Source: Chrysomallon squamiferum
Taxonomy: Eukaryota > Animalia > Mollusca
Direction: 5' to 3'
NCBI GenBank assembly: GCA_012295275.1
Contig: CM022668.1
Location: 124,001-188,000, forward strand
DNA length: 64,000 nt
Shown: positions 10,441 through 23,770 of the stretch, piece after piece
Layout: each line of letters opens with the position of its first letter
Position numbering within the stretch: the stretch's first letter is position 1
Notes under the pieces: model-generated
Told to the model about the DNA's origin: nothing
The model's input: only the letters and a program-made list of their open reading frames with translations
Database searches by the model: none
Made by a program: the position numbers and the translations under genes

Positions 10441-13400
10441 TAAGTACGTCAATAATGACCTGAGTAAGTGAGAAAGTACATAGGTACCATAACAAATACC
10501 TGAGTAACAAATAAAGTAAGTAAGTACGCAAATAATTTCCTAAGTCAGCAAGAAAGCAATTAAGTACGTATATAATTACCTAAGTAAGACAGAGAGTAAG
10601 AACGTAAATAATTACCGTAGTAAGTGAGAATGTAGGTAAGTATATTAACATTTATCTAAGTTAGCAAGAAAGCAAGTAAAGTAAATAAATACGTAAAGCA
10701 AATTACGTTAATTACTCAAGTAAAGAATGAAAGTAGGAACCATAACAAATATCCAAGTAAAAGAAAATGAGTACGTAAATCATTACTCAAGTAAAGGGAG
10801 AATGAAAGTGAGGAACCATAACAAATATCCAAGTAAGAAAGAAAAAAGTAAATAAACCTACGTAAGCAATAAAAAATAGTTACCGAAGTAAGAGAGAATA
10901 TAAGTAAGTACATTAACAAATTATCTAAGTAAGAAATACGATGAAAATAGTTACCGAAGTAGAGAATAAATAAGTACATTAACAATTATCTAAGTAAGAA
11001 AAAGAAATTAAGCAAAGCAAATAATGACATAAAAGTAACAAGTAAAAAGTAACCTAAGTAAGAATTTAAGTAAGTACATTAATAATTACCTAAGTATGTA
11101 AGAAAGTAAGTAAGTACGTAAATAATGACCTAAGTAAGCAAGGAAGCAACTAAGTACCTAAATAAGTACCTAAGTAAGCAAGAAAGCAAATAAGTATGTT
11201 AATTATTACTGAAGTAAGTGAGAATGTAAATAGGAACCATAATAAATATCTAAGTAACAAAGAAAGCAAGTAAGTACGTAAATAATTATCTATGTAAGCA
11301 AGAAAGTAAATAAGTACGTAAATAATTACCTAAGTAAGTGAGAATGTAAGTAAGTGTATTAACAATTATCTAAGTAAGAAAGAAAGTAAGTAAGTACGTA
11401 AATAATGACCTAACTAAGCAAGGAAGCAAGTAAGTAAGTAAACAATAACCTAAGTAAGTGATAATGTAAGTAAGTACATTAACAATTATCTAAGTAAGAA
11501 AGAAAGTAAGTAAGTACGTAAATAATTACCTATGTAAGCAAGGAAACAAGTTAGTAGGTAAATAATAATCTAAGTAAGTGATAAAGTCAGTAGGTACCAT
11601 AAAAAATACCTGAGTAACAAATAAAGTAAGTAAGTATGCAAATCATTTCCTAAGTAAGCAAGAAAGCAATTAAGTAAGTAAATAATTACCTAAGTAAGAC
11701 AGAAAGTAAGTAAGAACGTTAATTATTACCCAATTAAGGCAGAATGAAAGTAGGAACGATAAAAAATATCTAAGTAAGGAAGAAAACAAGTAAGTAGGTA
11801 AATAAATACCTAAGTAAGTGAGAATATAAGTATGAACATTAGCAATTATCTAAGTAAGAAAGAAAGTAATTAAGTACGTAAATAATGACCTAAGTAAGCA
11901 AGGAATAAAGTAAGTACGTAAATAATTACCTAAGTAAGAGAGAATATAAATAAGTTCATTAACAATTATCTAAACAGTGTAAGTAAGTACATAAATAATG
12001 ACATAAGTAAACAACGAAGCAAGTAAGTAAGTAAATAATTACTAAAGAAAGTCAGAAAGTAAGTAGAAAACATAATATCTAAGTAAGGAAGAAAGGAAGT
12101 AAGTACGTAAATAATTACCTGAGGAAGCAAGGAAGCTAGTAAGTAAGTAAATAGTAACCTAAGTAAGTTAGAATGTAAGTGAGTACATTAACCATTATCT
12201 AAGTAAGAAAGAAAGTAAGTAAGTTCGTCAATAATCAGCTAAGTAACCAAGGAAGAAAGTAAGTACCTAAATAAGTAACTAAGTAAGCAACAAAGCAAAT
12301 AAGTACGTTAATTATTACCTAAGTAAGTGAAAATGCAAAATAGGAACCATAACAAATATCTAATTAACCAAGAAAGCAAGAAAGTATGTAAATAATTACC
12401 TAAGTAAGTGAGAATGTAAATAGGAACCATAGTAAATATCTAAGTAACAAAGACAGCAAGTAATTACGTAAATAATTACCTAAGTAAGCAAGAAAGCAAA
12501 TAAGTACGTAAATTAGTACTAAAGAAAGTTAGAAAGTAAGTAGAAACCATAAGAAATATCTAAGTAAGCAAGAAAGCAAAGAAGTATGAAAATAATTACC
12601 TAAGTAAGAGAAAATATAGGTGAGTGCATTAACAATTATCTAAGTATGAAAGAAAGTAAGTAAGTACGTATATAATTACCTAAGTGAGAATTTAGGTAAG
12701 TACATTAACAGTTATCTAACTAAGAAAGAAAGTAAGTAATGACCTAAGTAAGCAAGGAAGCAGGTAAGTAAGTAAACAATAACCTAAGTAAGTGAGAATG
12801 TAAGTAAATACATTAACAATTATCTAAGTAAGAAAGAAAGTAAGTAAGTACGTAAATAATGACCTATGTAAGCAAGGAAACAAGTAAGTAAGTAAATAAT
12901 AACCTAAGTAAGTGAGAAACTAAGTAGGTACCATAATAAATACCTGAGTAACAAATAAAGTAAGTAAGTAGATAAATAATTTCCTAAGTAAGCAAGAAAG
13001 CAAGTACGTACGTATATAGTTACCTAAGTAAGACATAAAGTAAGTAAGAACGTAAATAATTACCGTAGTAGTAAGTAAGAATGTACTTTAACATGTATCT
13101 TAGTAACCAAGAAAGCAAGTAAGTACGTAAATAATTACCTAAGTAAGCAAGAAAGCAAATAAGTACGTCAATTATTGCCCAAGTAAGAGACAATGAAAGC
13201 AGGAACCATAACAAATATCTAAGTTAGGAAGAAAACAAGTAAGTAGGTAAATAATTACCTAAGTAAGTGAGAATATAAGTACGTACATTAGCAATTATCT
13301 AAGTAAGAAAGAAAATAAGTAAGTACATAAATAATTACCTAAGTAAATGATGAAGTAAGTAGGTACCATGACAAATACCTAAGTAAGAAAGAAAGTAAGT

Positions 13401-13893
13401 ATATACGTAAGCATTTTCCTAAGTAAGTGAGAATATAAATATGTACATTAGTTATTATCTAAGTAAGAAAGAAGGAAAATAAGTACGTATATAATTCCCT
13501 AAGTAAGCTAGAAACCAAGTAAGTACGTAAACTATTACATTAGCAAGTGAGAATATAAGTAAATACATTAACAATTATCTAAGTATGAAAGAAAGTAAGT
13601 AAGTACGTAAATAATTACCTAAGTATATGATGAAGTAAGTAGGTACCATTACAAATACCTAAGTAAGAAAGAAAGTATATACGTAAGTAATTTCCTAAGT
13701 AAGGAAGAAAGCAAGTAAATACGTAAATAATTACCTAAGTAAGTGACAAAGTAAGTAGGTACATGAGTTACTATCTAAGTAAGAAAGAAAGTAAGTAAGT
13801 GAGTGAGAAGGTAAGTAGGTACAATGACAAATACCTAAGTGAGAAGGAAAGTAAGTACATGAGTAATTTCCTAAGTAAGCAAGAAAGCAAGTA
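10441..13893. repeat. ~3.5-kb complex satellite, 40-bp monomer with higher-order structure
   Basis: Consensus approximately AATAATTACCTAAGTAAGCAAGAAAGTAAGTAAGTACGTA. Exact 40-bp register runs from 11081 to 11960. Plus strand is purine-rich. Confidence 0.95.
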
Positions 13894-13929
13894 GTGTTTA
13901 TACAGAAACTGTCTACGTAACAACATCTA

Positions 13930-14280
13930 ATCACAGATGTTATCAGAACTGTGGCTACTCTGTGTCTCGTTACGTGACTGTTTGATGTGACGCGGTAGAT
14001 TACGTCACACTAAGCTGGCGTTTATTAACTGTGGAGTTATTTCGCTGAAAGAATTCAATGATAACGCGACTTCCTGTCAGAACGCAGTCAATTTAAACCT
14101 GCCAGCGAAACTGGCAAAGAATAAAAATACTGAAGAGGTCAGAGGTCAGAGGTTGGATGTCGGTTTTAAGTGCACCTTGCTGTATGACAAGTTAAAAATA
14201 AATTTTCAAAAGAGGGAGAAGTTTATTATCAGGTAAATGACGGTACCTGGGTATGTGAGTTTATGTTTGCGTACACGTGT
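13930..14280. promoter_or_regulatory. Candidate cis-regulatory island with a perfect DR1 nuclear-receptor element
   Basis: AGGTCAgAGGTCAgAGGTTG at 14136-14155, TTACGTCA at ~14000 and ACTTCCTG (ETS-like) at ~14069. CpG-rich relative to its flanks. Confidence 0.4.
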
Positions 14281-14974
14281 TTTTGTTTATTTGATTGTTA
14301 AATATTATTTATATGTTGTAATATATATGCCGAGTAAGTTGGGGTTTTTTAATGTAAGTATGTGTTTGCTGATATAAGCCGTTTATGCAGGCGAATGATG
14401 ATGGCAATTAAGATGATGATTATGATAATAATGATGATAATAATAAACAACAAAAACTGTCATTAATATTAAATAGAAATCAGACGATTTCAGTATGCAC
14501 TGTCAGTCAGCAGTAAATCTCATTTGAATACTTCTAAGCCTATGATAAAGTTTTATATGTCATCTGTCAGTCAAATTAAACCGGGCTGTCAGTCATCACA
14601 TGACTTGGGGCAGGAAAAGCAAAATGAAACGTACACGTTGCTGTATACATTTCATCCACAAATTAAGACATTTAAAAAAATAATAATAACAATAATAGAT
14701 AAATTGAAATGATAAAGTTTATTGTATATCCATGAATTCAGTAAAATATTCACAAATTTTTTAATTATTTAATTTACTTTTTTATTTATTTGTTTGTTTG
14801 TTGTTCCTGCTGTTGCTGGCATTGTTCACGAGATTTCTGTTATTTAAATAACTGTGAATAAGCATATATTTCTCAAACTCTGCATGATAGTAATGTTGAC
14901 GTCATGCAATGTAATACAATAATCTTAGTAGTAGTAACCAGCCAAATGGAGCGTAATTATTATTTTATGTTTAT

Positions 14975-14976
<2 letters not shown>

Positions 14977-15072
<96 letters not shown>

Positions 15073-15101
15073 ATTATTAGTAGTAGTAGTAGTAGTAGTA
15101 G
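14977..15101. repeat. (CT)n followed by (TTA)n/(TAG)n microsatellite
   Basis: Seen directly. Other long (CT/GA)n tracts lie at about 19155, 21654, 29924, 37333, 38111, 39802, 42609, 49051, 50063, 55021, 55664, 58719 and 63762. Confidence 0.95.
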
Positions 15102-16152
15102 TCAGATATTCTTAGTGGAAGTAGTTGTTATATAAGCAGGACAACTGTAGTAGTAACAGTAGAAGTAATACCAGTAACAGTAGCAGCCATAGTATAAAAG
15201 CGACAGCAGCAATAGCAGTCACAGCAGTTCTGTATTTGAAAAATGTTTCTAATGATGTTTCAAAGTAATTTCATTCACGGTTTACCCGTATTAAATTTAA
15301 GGTGATAAATAAAATATAAATAAATAAATAAATAGTTTTATATAATAACGATAATAATTAATAAGCAAAAATATTTTTAAAAAGAGAGAAAGAAAGAAAG
15401 AAAAATATTATATCGTACTGATAATAAAAAAAGGTATTTATACAGAAAAGGGTAGATAACCGATGCAATAGTATGAGCTACCAATAACTGCTAAAGGTTA
15501 ACTCTGAGAAGAGCTTTTTGAAATTGTTATGTAAGATAAGGTACGTGACGATTTCTCGAAATACTGTCTCATAATAGTTATCAAATTAGTTTTTTTCATT
15601 TATTTTTTTATCTATCTGTCCATCCATCTAGTTAGCTATCTGTTTGTTTGTTTTAATTTATTTCAATTATAACCTTTATTTTATCTTTTCTTAGATCTGT
15701 ATTTTACCTTTTTTGTACCTTTTTTCTTTCCATAAATTATTCTTCCTTATATTTCTTTATTTTATTTCGACTATTTAGTTACATTGTATTATATATATAT
15801 ATATATATATATGTATTCTGCTGACTGTCGATTTCAAGGACTAATCAGGGGTAACACCGGTCCAGAAAATGAAAAAATTGGGGAAATCGCGAATGTAAAA
15901 ATTAACGCTAAATTTTTCCGAAACATTAAACTTTAGTATAGGTAAAAGATTTACAATACATTAATACAATAATGTAAGAATAATATATAAACATAAAAAG
16001 AAGGAAATCAACTGTTGTACAGTACAGGTAAATGTAGGCTAGGTTGGTTATGGGTGCATTTGTAAAATTTACTCTTACCTTCATGTCGAGTTGATTGATA
16101 GGGGTGCCATGATCGTATAGTAGAACTGAGAATAACTTGATATTACCTAGAG

Positions 16153-17738
16153 CAGTGATTCCCAACGTGGGGCCTACGCCCCACTGGGGGGCAGTTCGAT
16201 AATAATAGGGGGGCAATATGAAAAATATAGTAATATCAACATTTTTTTTTATTTTACCCTATATGGGTAAAAATTATAAACTTTTAGGGTAAAATTGTAA
16301 TTACAGCCTAGCTGAGCACAACAGCTTGTGCAATCTAGTCAAGTGTTCACCCACTAATGTTATTATGCATCTGGCACCAGCTATATGCGTGGCTTCTGAC
16401 TTGTTTAAGAAGGTGGGTTTTAGTCAGCTGCTCAACGCTCCCACTGAAGCTAAAAAATCAGAGTGATGATGGGCAAGAAAAATGGAGTTTTAAAATTATT
16501 GAAAGACGACAATCACCAAATGTTGTTAGTGCATTGTGTTATTCATAGACAGAATTTAGTTTCCAAAAAAGTTTCCCCTGTTCTAAACGAGACACTGAAT
16601 GCAGTTATAAAATGCATCAGCACTATAAAAGCTAATGCCAAATGTGAGCGTCTTTTCAAACAATTTTGCAAGGGTCAAAATGCAGGATATGTAAGATTAT
16701 TACTTCATACTGATGTAAGGTGGTTATCAAAGGGGAATTGCCTGAAAAGATTCATGGAATTATTTGATATTCTTAGTGAGTTCTTGGATGACAAACCTTA
16801 TATGACAGTTGATGGTAAAGCACTTGTCAGTTATTTAGCAGATATAATTGAAAAACTCAATGTCTTAAATAAGGAACTCCAAGGAACAAATATGACTCTT
16901 GTTAATTCAAAGGCCAAGATATTTGGCTTTATATCATTTCTGGAATTATCCCAAGAAAATATTTCTGTAAAAAAATTTGAACAATTTTATTGGCTGAATA
17001 AATGTGAGGTAACAGATGCTACTTGTCTTGTTATTGTGGAGCACTTAAAAATAATGGTAAGCGATTTCAACTTCAGATTTTCTGATTTGAAAGAAATTAA
17101 TTATCCATTTTGGATGACTCAGCCATTGCTAGTGGATCTGTCAGATGTAACCAAGGAAAACTTTCAGAATTACAAAATGATGACTCGATTAAAGCCCTGT
17201 TCAAAATAAAAGGAACAATGATGTGGTTCTGTGAAGAAACACAAGCTAAATATCGAAATACAAGTAGTTTGACAAGAAAACTACTGTTACCATTCCCATC
17301 GTCATACTTAGTGGAATGTGGATTTAGTGCTGTGAATGACTTATTACTGAGGAAAAGAAACCGACTGGGTATCACTAAACGAGGCGACTTGATATTGAAA
17401 TTAACAAAATTTCTGCCTCGGATAAAATCTCTTTGCAGTAGACATCAGGCTCAAGGGTCTCATTAATTGATTGTAATTGAATTTATTTAATCTGATGGTA
17501 GATATGTTATACACATTATAAAATGGATTTTATTTGATTAAATTTGAAGTTAAACCCTTTAGTTTTATTTGAAAGATACAATTTTTTATGTTATACTTCT
17601 TCAAAACTGATATTGTTATATCATACTAAACAATTAACTTATATTGTTATATCATACTAAACAATTAACGGGTGGGGGACATGAAGAAATTTGTGATAAC
17701 AAAGTGGGGCATGGTACTAAAATGGTTGGGAACCACTG
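16153..17738 (+). mobile_element. hAT-superfamily Buster/Charlie DNA transposon, internally deleted, 1586 bp
   Basis: TIRs CAGTGATTCCCAAC (left) and GTTGGGAACCACTG (right). Perfect 8-bp TSD ACCTAGAG at 16145-16152 and 17739-17746, with the central TA typical of Buster elements. Contains a transposase remnant. Confidence 0.96.
16463..17466 (+). pseudogene. Truncated, frameshifted hAT transposase (ZBED8/SCAND3/FAM200-like C-terminal half)
   Basis: ORF 16463..17209 has MMGKKNG, HCVIHRQNL (CxxH) and VRWLSKG. ORF 17110..17466 continues with FPSSYLVECGFS (catalytic E), RNRL and HQAQGSH-stop. Frameshift near 17150; N-terminal BED finger and first catalytic aspartates are absent. Confidence 0.92.
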
Positions 17739-18099
17739 ACCTAGAGGTAAGGTTTCAAGCGGGAAATGGCAGCAAGTTTTTTTTTTTTTTTTTTTTTTTT
17801 TGTATTATTCGATCATTTCTATTTGTCTTTATTTTTGCACTGCGTCATTGTAAATAAGAATATATTTTTTTTAAATTTGGACTGGTGATAAACAACATTT
17901 TGCAACAATTCACCAATTCGATCAGCTACGCCTCCTATTTTGTCACAAATCCCATCATTTGAAACCATAAAGAAAGAAAATTCCTTATGTCTTTAATACT
18001 TTATATTGATTTATTTTCTTTAAAATCTCCAATAAAAAAAAAAAAAAAAAAATAAAAATTAAAAAAAAAGTAAAGCACTGGTTTTTGAATTCACATTTG

Positions 18100-18290
18100 T
18101 AACGATCGTTCCCGAGTTGTCGAGAATTTGTTACCCAGTGTGACACCACGCGACGGGCTTCGGTGGTTCGTAATCAATCACTCTGATTGGTTGGCTAGAC
18201 AACCAATGAAAAGGCAAGTGACAGCGAATGACGGATGAATTGAAAAAAACAACTATTAGCAAGAATGAAGCGTCAAACCAAACCCTATCT
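18100..18290. promoter_or_regulatory. Orphan CCAAT-box cluster in a CpG island
   Basis: TGATTGGTT (ATTGG at 18186-18190) and AACCAATGA (CCAAT at 18203-18207), plus the variant ATCAATCA, next to CpG-rich CACCACGCGACGGGCTTCGGTGGTTCG. Confidence 0.4.
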
Positions 18291-18562
18291 AGTTAAACAT
18301 AACATTTTTTCTTAACGTCCACATAGTCCGCCTGTCTTTCTGTGATAGATTGCAATTTGAAATAAACTAACAAATAGTTAGCGGTTGGTTCTCTTTATCT
18401 GCATATTCCATGGATTTAATGGGGGTTTTTTGGTTTTTTTTTTTGTTAGTTTGTTGTTGTTGCTTTTTTGTCTTCTTTGTTTGTTTTTTTTTCTTTTAAT
18501 TTTCTTTTTCCTTTTTAGAGATTTTTTTCATATCTCGTTTTTCTTTCTTTTCTTTTTTTCTG

Positions 18563-18599
<37 letters not shown>

Positions 18600-19151
18600 T
18601 GCTGAATTAACATTTTACTTTCAGATCTCTTTATATATCATTTAAACCCACTTCTTCTTCTTCTCTCTTTCTCTAATGTGTGGGGGGATCAGCGTTTTCC
18701 TTCATTCTTTTTATCAAAGAATGAAAATGCAATAAAAATTAGCGTCATTTCTCTGTTTACTGTCCAGTAATTCACGGGAATTAATTAATCGTAGAGGATT
18801 AGCCCTAACATATTTATAATGCTTGTGTGATTCTATGACGTAATCATTGAAATAAACAGTATATCACAGTATGTTACTCCATCGTGAAAAAAAAAAAAAA
18901 AAAAAAAAACATTTCTGCTCCTGCAGTAATCTGACTCATGTTTACCCAGTGGATTATCCCTATCTTTTCTTTGTGTTGAAACTTGAAATAGCATTTATTA
19001 TAGAGTTCATGTACCTGCAAACAAAGACAGGTCAGTGAAATGTACATGTTTATAAATAATTTGCGCTCCGTTAACAAAATTAATAATATTGTATCTTCGA
19101 CTTAAATCTAAAAGTTTTTATCTAACAAATGATACGGTTTGTACGATTTGC

Positions 19152-19212
<61 letters not shown>

Positions 19213-19982
19213 CATACATAAATATTATACACAAAAAGATACACAGTCACTCTTTCTATCTCTCTGTTTCACTCTCTCACAAACAAAATAATTGCCATTA
19301 GATAATTTTAAATATTTTATTATATTATTATTATTTATTTATTTTTTTTTTTTTTTTTAAGTGTTTTAACAAAGCTTTTCAAACATGGCAGAAGAAAAAT
19401 AAATTAAAATCGTGTGAAATTCATTTTCGTGGATAGCTTTTGAAAAATCTTATTAATTTTGCTTCGTGTATTAGTAAAATAAGAAGAAAAAACCTCGACG
19501 TTTACATTAGACAATTAACAAATACTTTACAAATAGACTTTCAAGCTTCAAGGAGTTTGTTTGGTTGTGGCTTCTCTTGCTGGGAGCGACTTTGTTCGAA
19601 TAAACTGGCACCACCCCGCCCACCCAAACCGCGTTAGCGCAACTTTATTGAAAAAGCAGTTTACTCCTAACACTTCTCGAACAATCCAGACGAATAATGG
19701 ACGAGTTTTTGCAGACGAGAAAAGAAAATAGATTTAAACATATCAAATAATGGCGTATCACTCCTTTCCTTTCGCCGTGAGGTATAATTTCTCGCGCATT
19801 ATGTTTGGTCAGAGTCGTTTTATTTGGGTTTAGAATGACGACAAAGAAAAAAAAAGAAACTCGACGCTACATTCGCGGTACTCGAGAAAGAAACGTCTGC
19901 TGTCTTCTAGATACCGAACTTGTGTATTCAGCTTTTGAAGTTTTTAAATACGCTGCCACTGCTAGTACTGCTACTACTACTA

Positions 19983-20027
<45 letters not shown>

Positions 20028-21546
20028 AACTGGATTGTCTTGTTATTTTTTTTATTATTATTATTCTTTACTGGTTTTATTTCATAATTTAATTTAAATA
20101 ATATTGATAGTGCATAAATTTGTAAAACATGTTTTTTGTAAACTAATAACAGAGAAAATTAAGAATATTTGATAAAGGTTATGGGTGTATGAGATATTGT
20201 TTATTTATTGCTTGTATATACTGTGTATTGTTTAACCGTATCGTGCAGACTGACACACACCACTATGTGTATTTTACATGTTTTCTCTGTTCTCACAACG
20301 TTCATTTGGTGCCAGTGTCTGGGTGGCGAACTGCCTAGATATACCTGCGAGATACTCAGGTAAGCTTTTCATGGCCTAGCCATAAAATTATATTCGTTAG
20401 CTTCTTGTAATATTATGAAATAATCTTAGTACCCTTTTCATGATCATGTGAATCTGCGATATTAATTTAAGTAAGCCTGCATCTTTTATGGAATAGTTAT
20501 ATAGTTGTTAGCTTTTTGTAGAAGTATAATATATATATTTTAGTACTCATTTCATTATCGTGTCAAACTTCGATAATAAATTAAGTACACACTTCATGGC
20601 ATAGCTATATATTTAGTACAATTTTTGTAACATTGCGGAATATTCAAATAAACGTTTCATGATGTTCAGTATATTCAAGTATTTTTAAATTCTGATGTAG
20701 CGATATATATTTAAGATTTGCAGACAAATAGTAATCAATAAATTGTCAGTCATTATTTTTTTATTATTATTTATGTATATATTATTTTATTTTTATATTT
20801 TTTAATTTTATTTTTTTAAATATTTTGTTATTATTATTATTATATATGTTTTTATTATTTATTTTGTATATTTTTGTATTTTGTTGTTGTTGTCGTTGTT
20901 GGATAACTCATTACATTAGTTTAATAGAAAGAGTAGTAATAGTATAGAAGGATTAGTAGAAATGATAGTAGCAGTAATTATAGTAACGGTTTTAGTGGAA
21001 ATTGTAGCTGTAGTAGTTGTTGTTAAAGAAGTAACAGTAATAATGATAACAGTTGATATTTTGTCGAGATTTGGTGGTAGGAAGTTTATTAGCAGCAAGT
21101 AAAATTATAAACAGAAGTATACAAAAGGTGTTTATATCAACTGTCACACGTCAGCTTTAAGTAGGAATGTATTAAATGTTTGAACGTGGCAGTACGTCAC
21201 ATATAACACATACCTCGGACATGTTTGTTTCAGTGGCGGGCTATGAAATTAAACAAAAACAGCAAGTGACAACTGTGAGACGTGTTGTTTTGCAAACTGA
21301 GTTTAGTACCCCACCACCTGTCGTGTCCCAATTTGCGTTTCTTGTAGACTGTAGGCGGGGATTAATAGCACGTGACAACCCGAGGAATGGGAATGACGTA
21401 ACGTGATTGTCCTTTTGATTCCGTGGTGAAATATGATGAAGTGACGTCATTGCAATCATTTATAAATTTTGATTATTTGTTGGAACTTGAAGCGGTAATT
21501 AATAATATTTTATTTTAAATAAGTAAGTAAGTAAGTAGTAGTAGTA

Positions 21547-21596
<50 letters not shown>

Positions 21597-21651
21597 CTCT
21601 CTCACAGATATCTTCATAAGATATCTGTAATTTTCCTTGTCCGTGAGTGAT

Positions 21652-21749
<98 letters not shown>

Positions 21750-23715
21750 TTCATTCATTCATTCTAACACAGTGTTCAATACACAGCCAAAGGGCAAACT
21801 GTGTACACAGGAAAACCATTCTGAACGTCCAATGTTCCCCGAACGTGATTTTACAAGAAATGACTCGTTGAATTGTTGACTTGCGCTCTTGCCACCGCTA
21901 ACAAAATTTACCAGTACCGTGCGTTTCTTCACATTACATAAACCTGTGTGCCTTGACGTGGCCTTCCAGCTGCATTCCGCACAAACAATCTATTTTATGA
22001 TTATATAACAAAACACAAGAGGAAATTGTGATGCCGTGAATATTTGTTCGTTCTTGTTTGCCTGATGTTTGTCGTCTGCCTGCCTGGCTGACTGTCCGTC
22101 TCTCTGTCTCTCTGAATCAGGCTGTTTTTGTGTTTACCGAATTTCCTGGATTAGTTAATTGTTTATACATTTATGCATTGTCATCATTATTGTTATCATC
22201 ATCTCATCTTCTTCATCATTATTATAATCATCATCATGAATATTACTATTATTAATAATAAAAATAGTGGTACTACCATCATCATTATCTAACCAATAAT
22301 TATCAAACGTTCTTGTACAACTACGTCAGTTTACAATTCACGCATACACACGAACATCAATGCAAAACGACATTTTTTTATCCATCGGTTCGTATCCACC
22401 ACTCAAAAGTGCAAACACGGAGAGACTCCCTTTAAATAGCATTGCAAACATTGTTACAGCAGATACAAAGCTTACCTTTCACGCTTTTTATTTTATTTTA
22501 TTTGCTTATTTGTTAATGTTTTTCTAATTTAATTTTTTTTTTTTTAAATTTCAAAGCTATACTGTATCTTTCTTTGTTTTTTAATTTATACCAACTTTTC
22601 TTCTTTTTTTCTTTGGATTTTTTTTTTTTTTTTTTTTTTTTTTTCGGTGTTTTCGTTTTTCTAACAAAATAATATTCAATCATCGTATTTTCTTTCTTTC
22701 TTTCTTCTAACTTCTTTCTACACAGAATCTTGAGAAGTGGTATAAAAAGATGAAAGAAAATGAAATTGATAAAACTCGATGAATAAAGAAAATAGCGAGA
22801 AATTGATTAGAAAAAGATCAAAGGCAACAGAATGGTATTGATTTCAGGAAATGTGCAGAAGAATACTTAAAATGGCATCATCGACTTAAAATAGGAAAAA
22901 AAATTCATGCTAATAATTTTAAACACGGTGAAAAATCTCAAAAATCGTATGAAATGTAGAAAGTGACGAAAGGAAATTTGTTATACTTAGCGATCTACTA
23001 GTCATATTTTAAATCATAATTTAACGCGGCACTTAGACGGATAAGAACTACATGATAGATTGTTCCCTTTCTCATAGACACAACAGTACATATCACGGGT
23101 TTTGATCAGTATGTCTGGAATGGGAAATCTGCCAAAAAAATAGCAGGACATTCATGCATACATACAAAATATAGAAATACATGCAAACGGGTCTTCTTAT
23201 ATAGGTACAAACATACGTAACATATATTCACAATATAAATATGTATGTACATAATACAAACATACAAAACTGAAATAAGGACAAAAGATTTCCGATATTA
23301 TAGCGGTGTTGTGAAATATTTAACTTTGTTGGACAGACAGTCACTGCTATAGGATATCACATTACAAAGATATGATGCTATCGCGCCCACCGATTCCAGA
23401 AATGTTCCATTTCATACCGGAGGGGACTAACCCGTCTGGCGGCATTATCCAGTAATCTCTTTTAAGCTATGAACACTGGATAACCTTTCATTCAGATAAT
23501 TTATCTACCGTATCACATCACTAACTCCCCTCCACCATCAACCGCCCTGACAGGTGGCCAGACACACCGGTTTGACAGACCTAACAAATAACAGCCCCCA
23601 GGGAGGATGAGGGGGTAGATTTTCAGACTCTGCCAGACGTGGAGTATAAATTTAAGACTCAGGAAATTCGTACTTCAGAAATATCATTTATATATATATA
23701 TATATAGGCCTTTAT

Positions 23716-23770
<55 letters not shown>

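Noticed and set aside
10441-13893. Possible CRISPR-like repeat-spacer array
   Set aside because: There are no unique spacers (all segments are variants of one monomer), no cas genes, and the context is eukaryotic.
22815-22824. TCF/LEF sites (AGATCAAAGG here; CCTTTGAT at 6054 and 28374) as Wnt feedback on Frizzled
   Set aside because: Short AT-rich motifs are expected by chance at this composition, and they are not clustered.
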